64,000 nucleotides of DNA from the human T2T-CHM13v2.0 reference genome, Homo sapiens, in NCBI RefSeq assembly GCF_009914755.1, contig NC_060928.1; one strand, given 5' to 3'. The notes beneath the pieces were generated by a model. That model was given only the letters and a program-made list of their open reading frames with translations. It had not been told where the DNA came from and made no database searches. The position numbers were made by a program, and so were the translations under genes. Below are positions 26,501 to 41,517 of this stretch, piece by piece; position 1 is the stretch's first letter; the number at the start of each line of letters is the position of its first letter.

Positions 26501-28197
26501 TATTCCTCTTTATCAATAGTTATATGCATTGGTTCAACATAAAACATCTCTATGAGAGTAAAAGACAGAATCAGAAACCATATGATTCATTCAATTATAT
26601 GTGTTCATGGCTACAGGTTTCCAATAAACCTTGTTTTTAGTTTATACTTCAGTGTCTAATATGAGGTAGGCATTGTTATTACTTCCACTGCCCAGAAAAC
26701 ATACCTTTCTGAGAATCCACAACCAGAACAGAAAAGACCCTCTATATAAGGATTGTCTTCTTATTTAGAAGCATTGTTATTCTTTTTTCCTATGACACCC
26801 TTGATTTTCTTTTGAAAATAGCCCTCTAACTTTTGTTATTTAATAAAAAAAATCCAACTTATGCACGGGGCAACAAAACCCAAATGAACATAGGAAATGT
26901 CTTTAACACATTTATTCATTCATTCTTTCCTCATTTACAAGATATATATTGATGATTTACTATGTGCTAGACATGCTACCATTTGCTGGCAATTAAAAAA
27001 ATCGAATAAACCACAAATAACTTTCAAAGGTAATCAACTTCTTTTGAGGTATAAATAAAATATTTTAAATTAAGCAAACATTTTAAACTTTAGATTAAAC
27101 CTCATTGAGCATGGAGTAACATACATGTCAGTTTCAGGCTAATAAGAGGCAGAGGCTTTTGGAAAAACAGCAAATTAGCATTTGTTTAACCACCACTTTT
27201 GGCACCTACTTTATTTTGGTCAAGGTGCAAAAAGTTAAGACTAACAAAATAAGCTAGAAACAAAATTGACTTGAGGAATTTTCATCATTCTTAAATTTGG
27301 CATCCCTGGAAGCTATTTGAAGTGGAAAATAGGTTATCAGTATCCCCAAGTGCTAGTCTGTAAAATTTTTATGTGTCAAATAATAAGTGTGAAAATATTA
27401 TTAAATATGTTCTAACTGAACAATATGGTTCTACCCTCAATTATTGGCTAACCTTTCTCTATTCACAAGTTTCTGGAAATACAGTACTTGTGAATAGAAA
27501 ATTATTTTACAAATACAGCATTTTATGTAAAAAGACATTTTTTCCAATGCTCTTTCTGATTCCTCCTGGCAGAAACCTTCAGTTAAATATTGTTGTGTTG
27601 GTGGTCTTTAACACAAATTTTTTACATGTGAATTCTTGCCTTTTTGCAACACTCACTCACTGAGTCAAGCAGCTGTTTTAAGAAAGCTTTAGCTTTAGCT
27701 TTTTAGCCATCCCCACAGGTAGAGGGTGAGGAACCAACTAGAAGAACCAACTAAGAGAACCAACCAAGGAGTGTGTGTATGTATGGGGAGGTCAGCATGC
27801 AGGGCAGCTTCCCAGAGACTTGTTATAATTGAACTGCTTGTAATTAGCCCACCTTCGTGCTTTCTGCACATGTGATTTTACTTATTTCTAATACTGGCTA
27901 TAGGATGCATACAATAATATCAATCTCCATGACTTTGATCGTTTCGTTTTGCTCTGCCTTTTCAGTTCTGGCTTTAGACCCGCAGGTATTACCTGGATTA
28001 ATTCAGATCTTCATTTGAAGTTCAATTCTTAGGCACCTTGGCATTTTCTTTTTCAGTGCTCATCTTATAAAATTAGAAAACTCTTTAGAATGAAAGTTCT
28101 GGCATCTGAACCAGAAAGACACAAAGAACACACTTCACATGCACATTATAAAACAACACAGTATACATAGGGTTGCTAGGTATTGGAAAAAAAATAT

Positions 28198-28198
<1 letters not shown>

Positions 28199-28229
<31 letters not shown>
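28199..28229 (+). repeat. (CA)15 microsatellite
   Basis: Read directly from the sequence. Confidence 0.95.
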
Positions 28230-28231
<2 letters not shown>

Positions 28232-28728
28232 CATGGAACATATACTAAAAATTTAGTAATTATATCTAGTTCAAACTTAACTGAGCAGCCAGTACTTTAT
28301 CTGGTAATCCTAAGCATAGATGTAAATGAAGTAGAAAATTATCATAACTAGGCCATGCATTAATTCTCCTGACCATACACACAACTACCAAAAGGGAAGT
28401 TACTAATTCAATATATGACTTTATTTTTGTATATTGAATTACAGCATGAAGTTAACTACCTTAAATTTCTTCCAATAACAGAAATGAGGCCAGGGCTTAT
28501 TCCCAGGAAGCTTTCCATAGAAAAAATCATATCACCTGCCATGTTTTAAGTAAATAATATTTGGCCCAAATTTTGAAAACTTTCATCCTGTTATTAGACA
28601 AATAGCTGTTAGAGAATAAACTGGAATGGTAGACTGAGGAGAGAAGCATAGCAAATTTTAATTTTGTTCTTTCATCCTTCATTTTCTAATTTCTCTACTT
28701 TTGAAAGTACCTTAAGGTCTAAGTACTT

Positions 28729-28956
<228 letters not shown>

Positions 28957-29022
28957 CTAAGTACTTAAGAAATGTAAAAATCTAATGAAAAAAATTAAAA
29001 ATAAGTTTCATGCTAAGAGTTA

Positions 29023-29072
29023 CGTGTGTGTGTGTGTGTGTATATCTATATCTATATATCTATATATGTATA
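29023..29072 (+). repeat. Compound (GT)n / TATATC microsatellite
   Basis: Read directly from the sequence. Confidence 0.85.
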
Positions 29073-29138
29073 GTTCTAGTAGCAATGAAAAGTTGAGTGA
29101 ACTATTCCTATTCTTTAACTCCTTTAAAAACTAAATGT

Positions 29139-29440
29139 GGCCAGACATGGTGGCCCATGCCTGTAATCCTAGCATTTTGGGTGGCTGAGGTGGGAGGATC
29201 CCTTGAACTAAGGAGTTACAGACAAGCCTGGATAACAGAGGGAGACCCTGTCTCTACAAAAATTTAAAAAACTTAGCTGGGGGATGGTACACACGTGTGC
29301 TCCTAGCTACTCAAGAGGCTGAGGCTGGAGGATCACTTGAGCCCAGATGGTCAAAGCTGCACTGAGCCATGATCATACCAGTGTGCCCCAGCCTGGGCAG
29401 CAGAGCCAGACCCTGTCTGAAAAAAAAAAAAAAAAAGAAG
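29139..29440 (+). mobile_element. AluJ
   Basis: Diverged dimeric Alu with J-type GGATCACTTGAGCCCAG; A tail; TAAATGTG on both flanks. Confidence 0.92.
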
Positions 29441-29454
29441 TTAAATGTGTGTCT

Positions 29455-29625
29455 TAACTGTGTGTTATTGGCCAAGATGCTCATCTTTTTTATTCATCAG
29501 TTTCTTTAAAGTAGGGTTAGTAATACTATCTAACCCAAAGGGTTGTTTCAAGCATTAAATGAGTTAGTATAAAACACCTGACTCATAATAAGTGCCATGT
29601 AAGTGTTAATAGTAGTTATTATTAC
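29455..29625 (+). mobile_element. MIR remnant
   Basis: CAGTTTCTTTAAAGTAGGGTTAGTAATACTATCTAACCCAAAGGGTTGTTTCAAGCATTAAATGAG. Confidence 0.65.
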
Positions 29626-29633
29626 TATTATAA

Positions 29634-29892
<259 letters not shown>

Positions 29893-30177
29893 GAAAATAT
29901 AATTTTATGCTTATTTATTGTTTTTCAACCATTTAGCTACAGATTGCCAAATTTAAGAAGATACTAAATTACCAAAAGTTGCTGCTTGATCTTTCTGGAA
30001 ACAAATCCAGGGAGAAGTTGAGGTGATGGGAAAGCAGAGCCCCAGAGAGAGTGCTGAGAATAATAACTGTGATTTCAAAAGTCTCCTTTAAAGGAATCTT
30101 AGCAAGTTCCACAAAGAAGTCTTTAGCTACCAGTGGTAACTTCTATTTCTGATAAACTTGAAATACAAAGAGCAAAC

Positions 30178-30551
30178 TGTCTTAGTCATCTCAGGCTGCT
30201 GTAACAAGGCAACATAGACTGGGTGGCTTACACAACACGGATATTCATTTCCTACAGTTCTGGAGGCTGGGAAGTCCAAGATCGAGGTGTCTGCAGATTC
30301 CGTTCTTAGTGACGACCTTCCTGCCTTCCGGCAGCAAGTTAATTGCTATATTCTCACATGGCAGAGAGAGGAAGCTCTGCTGTCTTCCTTTTCTTACAAA
30401 GGCACTAATTCCATCATAGGGGCTCCATCCTCGATGTAATCTAAACCTAATTACCTTCCGAAGGCTTCACCTCTGAATACCTTCACTTTGGGGATTAAGG
30501 CTTCAAGATCTAAACTTGGGGGGTGGGGGAATAGTCATTCATTCCTTAACA
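30178..30551 (-). mobile_element. MLT1A/MLT1A0 MaLR solo LTR
   Basis: TGTCTTAGTC...CAGTTCTGGAGGCTGGGAAGTCCAAGATCGAGG...TTAACA; 5-bp TSD CAAAC on both sides. Confidence 0.88.
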
Positions 30552-30810
30552 CAAACCAATATCATCTTGGCTGAGTATATTCATATTGAACATGCCTGTC
30601 CGTACAGCATTTGACTGTGAACATAATTCTCCAAGAGAACACAGGATATCAAAGAGCCCCTTCCCTTTCATAAAACCTGTGCCTTGTTTCCTCATAAGTC
30701 TTACCCTCAAGTGTTTTGCTTCTTTTTCTACCTGCCTCCCACTACCCCCATTTATTTTCTTTTCAAAACTAAATGTGTCAAGGAAGAATGATCCTTAAAA
30801 AGTGATTGAG

Positions 30811-31257
30811 GGCCGGGCACAGTGGCTCATGCCTGTAATCCCAGCACTTTGGGAGGCAGAGGCAGGTGGATCACGAGGTCAGAAGATCAAGACCATCCTG
30901 GCCAACATGGTGAAACCCCATCTCTACTAAAATACAAAAATTAGCCAGGACTGGCTGCTGCCATGTGAAGAAAGACATGTTTGCTTCCCCTTCTGCTATG
31001 ATTAGCCTTTGACCATGACTTCCCAATGCCTAGAATTCTTCTATCCTTGTCTTGCCTGTGGAAATGCTGTTCATTCATCTGGCCACTACAGGTGGCGCAT
31101 GCCTGTAGTCCCAGCTACTCAGGAGGCTGAGGCAGAAGAATCGCTTGAACTGGGAGGTGGAAGTTGCAGTGAGCCGAGATTGCACCACTGAACTCCAGTC
31201 TGGCAAGACAGTGAGGCTTCGTCTCAAAAAACAAACAAACAAACAAACAAACAAACA
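30811..31257 (+). mobile_element. AluSc-like element interrupted by a 141-bp non-Alu insert (30950-31090)
   Basis: Left arm ends at TTAGCCAGG and the right arm resumes at GGTGGCGCATGCC; (AAAC)n tail; a single TSD AAAAAGTGATTG flanks the whole element. Confidence 0.92.
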
Positions 31258-33479
31258 AAAAAGTGATTGGGAGCAGTAGTTGTACATTAGAACCGGAGCT
31301 GGTCCTCCATAGCCTTCCTTTGTATTAGCACATCAATATTGCCTTAAAAAGACAGCATATGGCAGAGAGGGAAATGACTCACAATTCATGTACAGCCCAG
31401 CTGTGTGTGTGTGATTTGTCTTCATAAGGGATTAAAAATAAATTACTGATCAAATTAAACTTTATAGAAAAATATATCTGTGTCCTAGATGCATACAATG
31501 TCTATTTTTTGAACATGTCCATATATATTTTTCTTGGTAGGAAAAGAATTTGAAGACTAAGTTAATAATGAGATAGGAGGAATGACTTTAATTTAAATTG
31601 AAAATAAAAATTTGTTAAGATTATTAGGTTACTCACATTGAAGGCTCTAACAAAATGTAATTTATATATTAAATAAATTCACACCAAAACAAAAATACTT
31701 GTCACCCTTTAATAATTGCTTTAAGTAATATCATTATAGAATACAAATTTCAAATAGGTGATATACTTTATTAATAACGATAATTTTAACATTAAAATAT
31801 GTATATTATTTCATTTTAAATAGAAAGATTATTATTTCTAAATAGTATTTTTGTGAGTGATCTCTATAAAAGAATCTATAAGAAGTTCAGAATGTATTTT
31901 CATAGCATTACCTAATTGAACCATAGATTTGAAATGCATTTATGTTTAGTGAATTTTAATATATGATGGAATAAAAAATGCTAAATTATTTTTGGAGAGA
32001 ATTGCTTTTTTCTGGTTTAATATATTATGTTTATGGAAACTATCTTTTAAAGTAAAATATTGAAAAACTAAAAATATTGCATTAGGTGTCAATATTTAGC
32101 TACAATGTAATTAGATTAAATTTTCCCCTTCATTATGCAGATGGACAAATCTGATGTACATTTTCATTTCAAAAGCTTATTATAGGGAAAACACATAAAT
32201 ATAATTATAAGCATTCTCATTCATTTGTTTGATTTCCTGCCATTCTGCATATATATCCAGTTGCACATCTATGCAGGACATGATCTTGAACCAACTTTCT
32301 GCTTTAGGGGCTATGGATCATCATTATATTTGGAAGGCTTTCAGTCACTTACAGGCAAATATCCCTAAAAGTAACATTGATGGTTAGTCACCCAAAGATT
32401 TGAAAACAAAGACAGGTAATGAAGTGAGCAACTATATAGGAATGCTTTTGAAATTACTGATTAAGATTTGTAGTTTATCATCATGCATCACTTTTTAAAT
32501 ACCTACTGTGGGCTTATACGTAGACCTGGGCTATGCCCAATTTAATAAATAATAAGGAAGATGTTAAATTTTAACTAAAGTCTACCAAATATGTTGGTTT
32601 CAAAGATGAACACCTAATTGCTCTTGGAAAATGTTGTTTACTTGAGAGCAGAAAATATGCCTTTTACTTTGGCCTCAACATTACTTGACAAAATGTCAAG
32701 GCATAGGATGAGTGATTAATAAATGCTATTGAAAGAAAAATGCCAAAGACTTAAACAAGCAGGATTGTCTTCCCAAACACTACTATTCAGCTTATTCTGT
32801 TTGAGTGTGACTTCAAATAATCCATGCGTCATTAATCTAAGGACCCCTTTCTTCCCCAATAACATTTCTTTTAGTTAAAATACTTTCAACAATTAATAAT
32901 TAATAAGCAAAATGAATATGGTCACGACCTTCAAAAAACATACTCTGGTCACATAAATAAGTACTCAAACAAGTATAGAATTACAAAATGTTGTAAGTTC
33001 TTTAAAGGGAAATAAGTTCTGTATAAGGGTATAACCATACATATGTCGTGGTAATGCTTATGTAAAAATTTCAAAAGCAACCCACAAAGATAATATCTAT
33101 TATTCACAGATCCTACATGGACAAGAGGAAAAAAAAACATGTCTGGTAATGATGGATCACAATGTTTGGGTGGGTCTGCTTCTGGGGAAGAAGGAAAGAG
33201 AAAGGAAGACATAGTGTGAACATATCTATTTGAAAATTTATATTAAAAAGACAAGCAGATATCACAAACTGTTCTGTTAAAGCTCAGGAGTAAGTGTCTA
33301 TTGAATTATTTAGTAAATGTTTGAGGCATTTGGTAAAATGCAAGTTCTCTTTTAATAAAAATGTTGCTTGGACTGAAATCTGAAGGATGGGTAAAGAGGA
33401 GTTAGGTGAAGCAGAGCTGATGGAGTCCATCAAGAAAGAGCCTTACAGGAGAAGTAAGCTCTTGGAAATAAGACACAAC

Positions 33480-33585
33480 TTACATATATTTAGAAGTATA
33501 CATACATTATATCTATACATATATATATATAAATATATATAGGTACACAAACATGTTTATATATGTATATACTATTATACACATT
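33480..33585. repeat. TA-rich low-complexity tract
   Basis: Degenerate (TA)n / TACA repeats read directly. Confidence 0.7.
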
Positions 33586-34689
33586 TTTATGAACTTCTCA
33601 GCTTAAATTATCAAAGAAGTGCTCCCTAAAGTGTTTACTGCCACAATAAATCTATATCATTAATTATATGTGATCTAAATTGTTAATCATTTTAAGAGCT
33701 TCGATTTAATGAGAACAAACATGATATGAAAGAAATGCCTTCTCTACACTTTTACAAAATGAAGTATGAAAATCAAAGCACTACCCCAGTTGTTGTTCTT
33801 TGTAATTTATCATCTCTTCACTTCAATAGAGTTTTCTTTTATAATTTTCCACTCAGATGTGGAATTAATTACCTGTAGTTGCCATTGAGGTAAAATGTTC
33901 ATGGTTAGACAGTGAACTCTGAATTAATTGCTCTCAATCAACCTTTCCCCTTTACTCAGAACATCAGGAGTATAGGATTTGTCATTGTATAAAGTACAAG
34001 TTTCCACAGTCAGAATCATTAAAAACAATTTCTGGTAATTTACCTGTAACGGAGAATAGACCATATCTACAACATGGTTAGGGAATGGGCTTTAAATTGT
34101 ATCTAAGACTAAATTCTCAGTCTTATATTGTATAATTTTATCTTAAAGACATTATTAATTACCAAATAGTAAGTAACCTATAAATGTCATCCAGATTCAA
34201 ATTGTTTCTATAATGCAAATAACTTTATTAAAGTTGTTGTAAACTTTAATGCACATGTTTTAAAAGATAATTAATTGATCTGTTACCAACACACTGTTAA
34301 TGATTTGTAAACAAAAGACCAGCACTTTCTTGCCCTATTAACTTCTAATTAGTTAAGCGTAATTACAGATCTGAGCCCTCCTCATCTGGCTGGTCACCTG
34401 AGATTCCAAATAAAACTCCTAAAATATACACCTTTAAACCCAATATCTGACTTACAATGTATAAGAAAAATAAATATGTAGGGCTTAGAAAATAAACACT
34501 TTGTATGGTATTTTACAGTAGTTTTTTTCAAGGACACCATTGTATAAAAGTGGATAGAAAGATGACTAAGGGGAGAGATGGGACTCAACATTTGGATGCC
34601 CCTGTCTTATCCTTACCATGCTGTTTTCCTGCATCTTGTAAATGCAGTACTTGATCAGCGGCAAGCTCTGCTGTTTATCCCATGAACTG

Positions 34690-34850
34690 GGGGGCCAACC
34701 ACTCACCTCTTCAAGCCCTATTTTCACATCTGTTGTATAGGGACCGTCCCTGTCTCACTGGTTGTAAGAGTCAATGAGAAGATATGTGTAAACCAGCTAG
34801 TTTATTCCAATGGCTCACAGGTGGTAGGTGTTCCATAGGCATTATTTCAC
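34690..34850 (+). mobile_element. MIR remnant
   Basis: CACTCACCTCTTCAAGCCCTATTTTCACATCTGT...GGTTGTAAGAGTCAATGAGAAGATATGTGTAAA. Confidence 0.55.
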
Positions 34851-34956
34851 TTCTCCTTTCCTCCTTCCCATTCTGTAATTGAAGAAATGCTTACCATAGA
34901 TTTCCCTTCAATATTCTATTGCTGTAGTTTCGATCTTATGAAGTTAATAGAAATAA

Positions 34957-35287
34957 TGTCTTAGTCCTTTTGTGCTGCTATAATCAAATATCTGAGATTA
35001 TGTAATTCGTATAATCAAATATCTGAGATTATGTAATTCGTAAGAGCAGAGAGTTATCTTCTCACAGTTCTCAGGGGTGGGAAGTTCAAGATCAAGTCAC
35101 ATACAGGTTTGGTATCTTGGATTGCTGTGTTCTCACATGGCAGGAGCCAGAAGGAAAAGCAAGCTGAATGCTGTGTGAAGCCTCTTTTATGAGGGCCTTA
35201 TTGATGAGGGAAGAGCCCTCACAGCCTAACCTCCTAAAGTTCCCACCTCTTAATTAATTTTGGAGGGGACACATCCAAACCATAGCA
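34957..35287 (-). mobile_element. MaLR LTR (MSTC/MSTD-like) with internal 31-bp duplication
   Basis: TGTCTTAGTCCTTTTGTGCTGCTATAA start and TTTTGGAGGGGACACATCCAAACCATAGCA end. Confidence 0.82.
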
Positions 35288-35673
35288 TTTGGGAAGAATG
35301 TACCCTATCATCCATGTGGCTTACATTAAAAATATAAAATTATGGTAACATCAAGATATTCTGGGAAAAAAGTGTTTGCATACTACAATATTTGTTGCAT
35401 ATCAGCTGAATGAAATGTTTCTCTGCTTTCAATCCACTAGTTTCTAATGTGTCTACATCGATGGTAAGGGAGCCAATGAACCAGTGTATTAGTGCTGTTG
35501 GGATTAGTTCTTCATTTCTTCAGTCCAGAATAATGACCAGTACTCTGAAGGAAACACAAGAAGACATAGATGGACTAATTATTATGGTATAATCATATGT
35601 TATATGGTTATGTCATGACAAATTACCTAAGTGGATTTGGTAGTAACATTAAAAATATCACCATGGAGCTTGA

Positions 35674-36032
<359 letters not shown>

Positions 36033-38889
36033 TGAACATTCTAAGAAGGAATGCAGAAGCTTTATGGATAAAGCAGGTGAGATGGTAAGTGGATTATCCA
36101 GAGAAGAATGAGGAATAAAAAATAAGGAAGTTCTGAAGACCAATGTCCTGGAGAGGTTCCCTAATGTTTTCTTGTAGTAATTTCATAGTGTGAGTTCTTA
36201 GATTTAAGTCTTTAATCCATTTTGATGTGAATTTTGTATATGGCAAGAGAAAGGGGTCTAGATTTATTCTTCCTGATATGGATATCCAGTTTTTCCAGCA
36301 CCATTTATTGAAGAGGCTGTCTTTTCCCCCGTGTATGTTCTTACCACCTTTGTCAAAAATGAGTTCACTGTAGGTGGGTGGATTTGTTTCTGGGTTCTCT
36401 ATCTTATTCCATTGACCTATGTGTCTGTTTTTTATGCCAGTACCATGCCATTTTGGTTCCTACAGCTCTGTAGTACAATTTGAAGTCAGGTAATGTGATT
36501 CCTCCAGTTTTGTTCTTTTTGTTCAGGACAGCTTTGGCTATTCTGTCTTTTGCGGTTCTATATAAATTTTAGGATTTTTTTTCTGTGAAGAATGTCATTG
36601 ATATTTTGATACGGATCACATCGAATCTATAGATTGCTTTGGGTAGTATGGACATTTTAACAATATTGATTCTTCCAATCATTAACATGGAATATCTTTC
36701 CATTTTTTTGGTATCTTCAATTTCTTTCATCAGCATTTTATAGTTTTCATTATAGAGATCTTTCACTTCTTTAGTTAATTCCTTGGTATTTAATTTTATA
36801 TTTGGCTATTTAAATGGGATTTTTTTTGTTTCTCTTTTAGATTAACTGTTGGCATATAGAAATGCTATTGATTTTTGTATGTTGATTTTGTATCCTGCAA
36901 ATTTACTGCATTTGTTTATTAGTTCTAATAGTTTTTTTGTGAAGTCTTCAGGATTTTTGAAATATAAAATTATACCATCTAAAAAAAAGGATAATTGGAC
37001 TTATTCTTTTCCAATTTGGATGCACTTTGTTTTTTTCTTTTGTTTCATTGCTCTAGCTAGAACTTTCAGTACTACGTTGAATAATATTGGTGAAAGCAGG
37101 CAGCCTTGCTGTGTTCCAGATCTCAGAGGAAAGACTTTCAATTTTTCCCCATTCTGTATGGTACTAGTTGTGGGTCTATCACATACGGCTTTTATTGTGT
37201 TGAGGTATGTTCCTTCTATATCCAGTTTTTTGAGTTTTTTTAATCATGAGGTTATATTAAACTTTAAAAAATGCTTTTTTGGCAGCAATCGGATTAATAA
37301 TATGGTTTTTAGTTTTCAGTCTGTTGATATGATGTATCACCTTGATTGATTCGCATGTGTTGAATCATCCTTGCATACCTGGAATAAATTTTACTTGGTT
37401 ATGATGAATGATCTTTTTAATGTATCGCTGAGTTTGGTATTCTGGTATTTTGTTGAGGATTTTTGCATCAATATTTATCTGAGATATTGGCCTGTAGTTT
37501 TCATCTCAGGGTAAAACTAACCTCATAGAATGAGTTTGGAAGTATTGCCTCCTCGTCTATTTTTCAGAATAGTTTGAGTAGGATTGGTATTAGTTCTTCA
37601 AATATTTGTTAGAATTCAGCATGGAAGCCATTATATCCCAGGCTTTTCTTTACTGGGACAATTTTTTACTATGGCTTCAATCTTGTTACTTGTTTTCCGT
37701 CAGTTAAGTTTTTGATTTCTTCGTGGTTAAATCTTTGTAGGTTATATTTGTCAAGGAATTTATCCATTTTTTTCTATATTTTCCAATTTATTGGCATATA
37801 GCTGTCCATAGTAGCCACTAATGGTCCTTTGAATCTCTGTGATGTCAGCTGTCATGTCTCCTGTTTCATCCCTGATTTTATTTGGGTTGTCTGTCTTTTT
37901 TTCTTAGTCTAGCTAAAGGTGTGTCAATTATAAACAGAATTGAAATGATAAACACATTTCAGAACACCAACTTTTCACTATTTCATTGACCTCTTGTATT
38001 TTCTTCATTTCAAATTTATTTATTTTCGTGTACTTTTGGTTTCAGTTTGCTCTTTTGTAGTTCTTTAAGATGCATTATTAGTTTATTTAAAGTTCTTCAT
38101 CTTTTTTTATTTTGATACTTAAAACTATAAATTTTTCTCTTAGTACTGCTTTTATCTCATAGGTTTTGGTATGTTATATTTTCATTATCATTTGTTTCAA
38201 GAAAATTTTCAATTTCCTTCTTAATTTCTTCGTTGGCCCACTTGTCATTCAGGAGCATATTGTTTAGTTTCTATAGTTTCCAAAATTCCTCTTGTTATTG
38301 ACTTGTAGTTTTATTCCACTGTGGTTAAAGAAGATCCTTGATATTATATCAAATATTTTTGAATATTTTAAGACTCATTTTGTGACCTGATAAATGATCT
38401 ATTTTTGAGAATGATCCATGTGCTGAGGAAAAGAATGTATATTCTGTAGCAGTTGGATGGTTGGATAAAATGTTCTGTAATTATCAATTAGATCCATTTG
38501 TTCCATAGTGCAGATTAATTCTGGTGTTTTTTTTTTCTTTATTTTCTCTCTAGGAGATCTGTCCAGTGCTGAAAGTGGGATGTTGAAGTCTCCAGCTATT
38601 ATTGTATTAAAGTATATCTCTATCCTTAGCTCTAATAATATTTGCTTTATTTTTCTGGGTGCTTCAGTGTTGGGTGCATATATATTTACAATTGTTATAT
38701 TCTTTTACTGAATTGACCACTTTATCATTATATTATGACCTTCTTTGTCTCTTCTTCCAGTTTTTGTTTTGAAATCTATATTGTCTGATATAAATATAGC
38801 TACTCCTGCTCTTTTTTTTTTTTTGGTTTCCATTAACAAGGAATATCTTTTTCCATCCCTTTATTTTCAGTCTATGTGTGCTTTTATAG

Positions 38890-39263
<374 letters not shown>

Positions 39264-41517
39264 ACTCTGTGTCTCTTGGTTGGAGAGTTTAGTCTATTTG
39301 TTATTTTTGATAAATAGGGACTTACTCCTGCCATTTTGTTGTTTTCTGATTTTTGGCACTCTTCTCTTCCTTCTTGTCTACCTTTTAGTGAAAGTAATTT
39401 TCTCTGGTGGTATGCCTTTAATTTCTTGCTTTTTACTTTTTGTGTATCCATTGTATGTTGTTTTGATTTGATGTTACCATGAGGCTTTCAAATACTATTT
39501 TATAACCAATCATTTTAAACTGATGACAACTTAACACTAATTGGATATACAAACAACCAAACATGCAAAAAGAACACTAAAAAAAAAAAAAAAACTCTAT
39601 ACTTCATCCCCCTGCTTTTTATGTTTTTGTTTTTCCTCTTTATGTCTTTTTGTACTGTCTACATCTTGAAAAGATGTTGTGGTTATTATTTTTTATTGGT
39701 TCATCATTTAGTCTTTCTACTCATGACAAGAGTAGTTTACACAGCACCATTATGGTGTTGTTATACTATTCTGTATTTTTCTGTGTGCTTTCTATCACCA
39801 GTGAGCATTATACCTTCAGAACATTTCTTTTTGCTCATTAACATCCTTTTCTTTCAGATTGAAAAGCTCCCTTTAGCATTTTTGTAGGACAGGTCTGGTG
39901 TTAATGAAATCCCTCAGATTTTGTTTGTCTGAGAAGACCTTTATTTCTCTTTTATGCTTGAAGGATATTTTCAGTGAATATATATTCTAGTTAAAAGTTT
40001 GTGGGATTTTTTTTCCCCCTTCAGCACTTTAAATATGTCATATCATTCTCTGTTGGTCTGTAAGTTTCCCACTGAAAAGTCTGCTACCAGACTCGTTGGA
40101 GTGCCATTTTATGTTATTTGTTTATTTTCTCTTGCTGATTTTAGAATTCTTTCTTTGTCCTTCTCTTTTGGGAGTTTGATTATTAAATGCCTTGAGGTAG
40201 TCTTCTTTGGGTTAAATCTGGTTGGTGTTCTATAACCTTATTGTGCTTGAATGCTGATATCTTTCTTTGGATTTGGGAAGTTCTCTGATGTCTCTTTGAA
40301 TAAACTGTCTATCCCTATCTCTCTCGCTACCTCTTCTTTAATGCCAGCAACTTTTAGATTTGCCCTTTTGAGGCGATTTTCTAAATCTTGTAGGTGTGTT
40401 TCACTGCTTTTATTCTTCTTTCTTTTGTCTCTTCTGACTGTATATTTTTAAATAGCCTGTCTTCAAGCTTGCTAATTCTACTATTTGATCGATTCTGCTA
40501 TTAGAGACTCTGATACATTCTTCAGCATATCAATTGCATTTTTCAACTCTGTAATTTTGGTTGATTCTTTCTAATCACTTCAATCTCTTTGTTAAATTTA
40601 TCTGATAGAATGCTGAATTCTTTCTCTGTGTTATGTTGAATTTCTTTGAGTTTCCTCAAAACAGCTATTTTGAATTCTCTGTCTGAAAAATCATGTATCT
40701 CTGTTTTCTCCATGATTGGCCCGTGTTGCCTTATTTAGTTGGTGTGATGAAGTCATATTTTCCTGGATGGTGTTGATGCTTGTAGATGTTCATCAGTTTC
40801 TGGGCATTGAAGAGTTAGATATTTATGTAGTCTTTATGGTCTGGACTTGTTTGTGCCTGCCCTTCTTTGGAAGGCTTTCCAGGTATTCTAAGGGAACTGC
40901 ACCCAAAGCCACATAACACTATGGTTTTTGCAGACTCATAGAGGTACTGCCTTGGTGGTCTTAGATAAGATCCAGAGGAATTCTCTGGATTACTAGACGA
41001 TGACTCTTATTCTTTTCCCTTATTTTCTCCCAAACATACAGAGTCTCTGTCTCTCTGTGCTGAGCAACCTGGAGCTGGGAGTATGATGATGCAAGTACCC
41101 GTGTGGCCCCACCCTGGGACTGTGGTGGGTCGGACGTGAAGCCAGCACAGCCCTGGGTCTTGCCCAGGAGTTTTCCCTTCAGGGCAGTGAGTTCCTCTAG
41201 GCCCTGGGTATATTCAGAGATGCTGTCTGGGAGCCAGTGATTGGAGTCAAAAATCTTAGCAGTTTACCTGATGTTTCAACTGCAGCTAAACTGGTACTTA
41301 TACCATAATACAAAGCTTTTCCTGTGCTTCCCTCTCCTTTCCATAGGCAGAGGAGCCTCTTTCTGTGGCCACCACCACCATTAGTCCATGGGGGTTCTGC
41401 CAGGCCACTGATAATGGTCACCTAAACCCAAGGTCTCTTTTGTCAGCTTGTGGTGAATGCTGCCAGGCCTAGCACTCACCCTTCAGGGCAGTGGTCCCCA
41501 CTCTGCCCCAGAACAGG

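Noticed and set aside
36849-37349. 166-aa hydrophobic + strand ORF
   Set aside because: Antisense reading of L1 ORF2; T-richness produces pseudo-transmembrane peptides.
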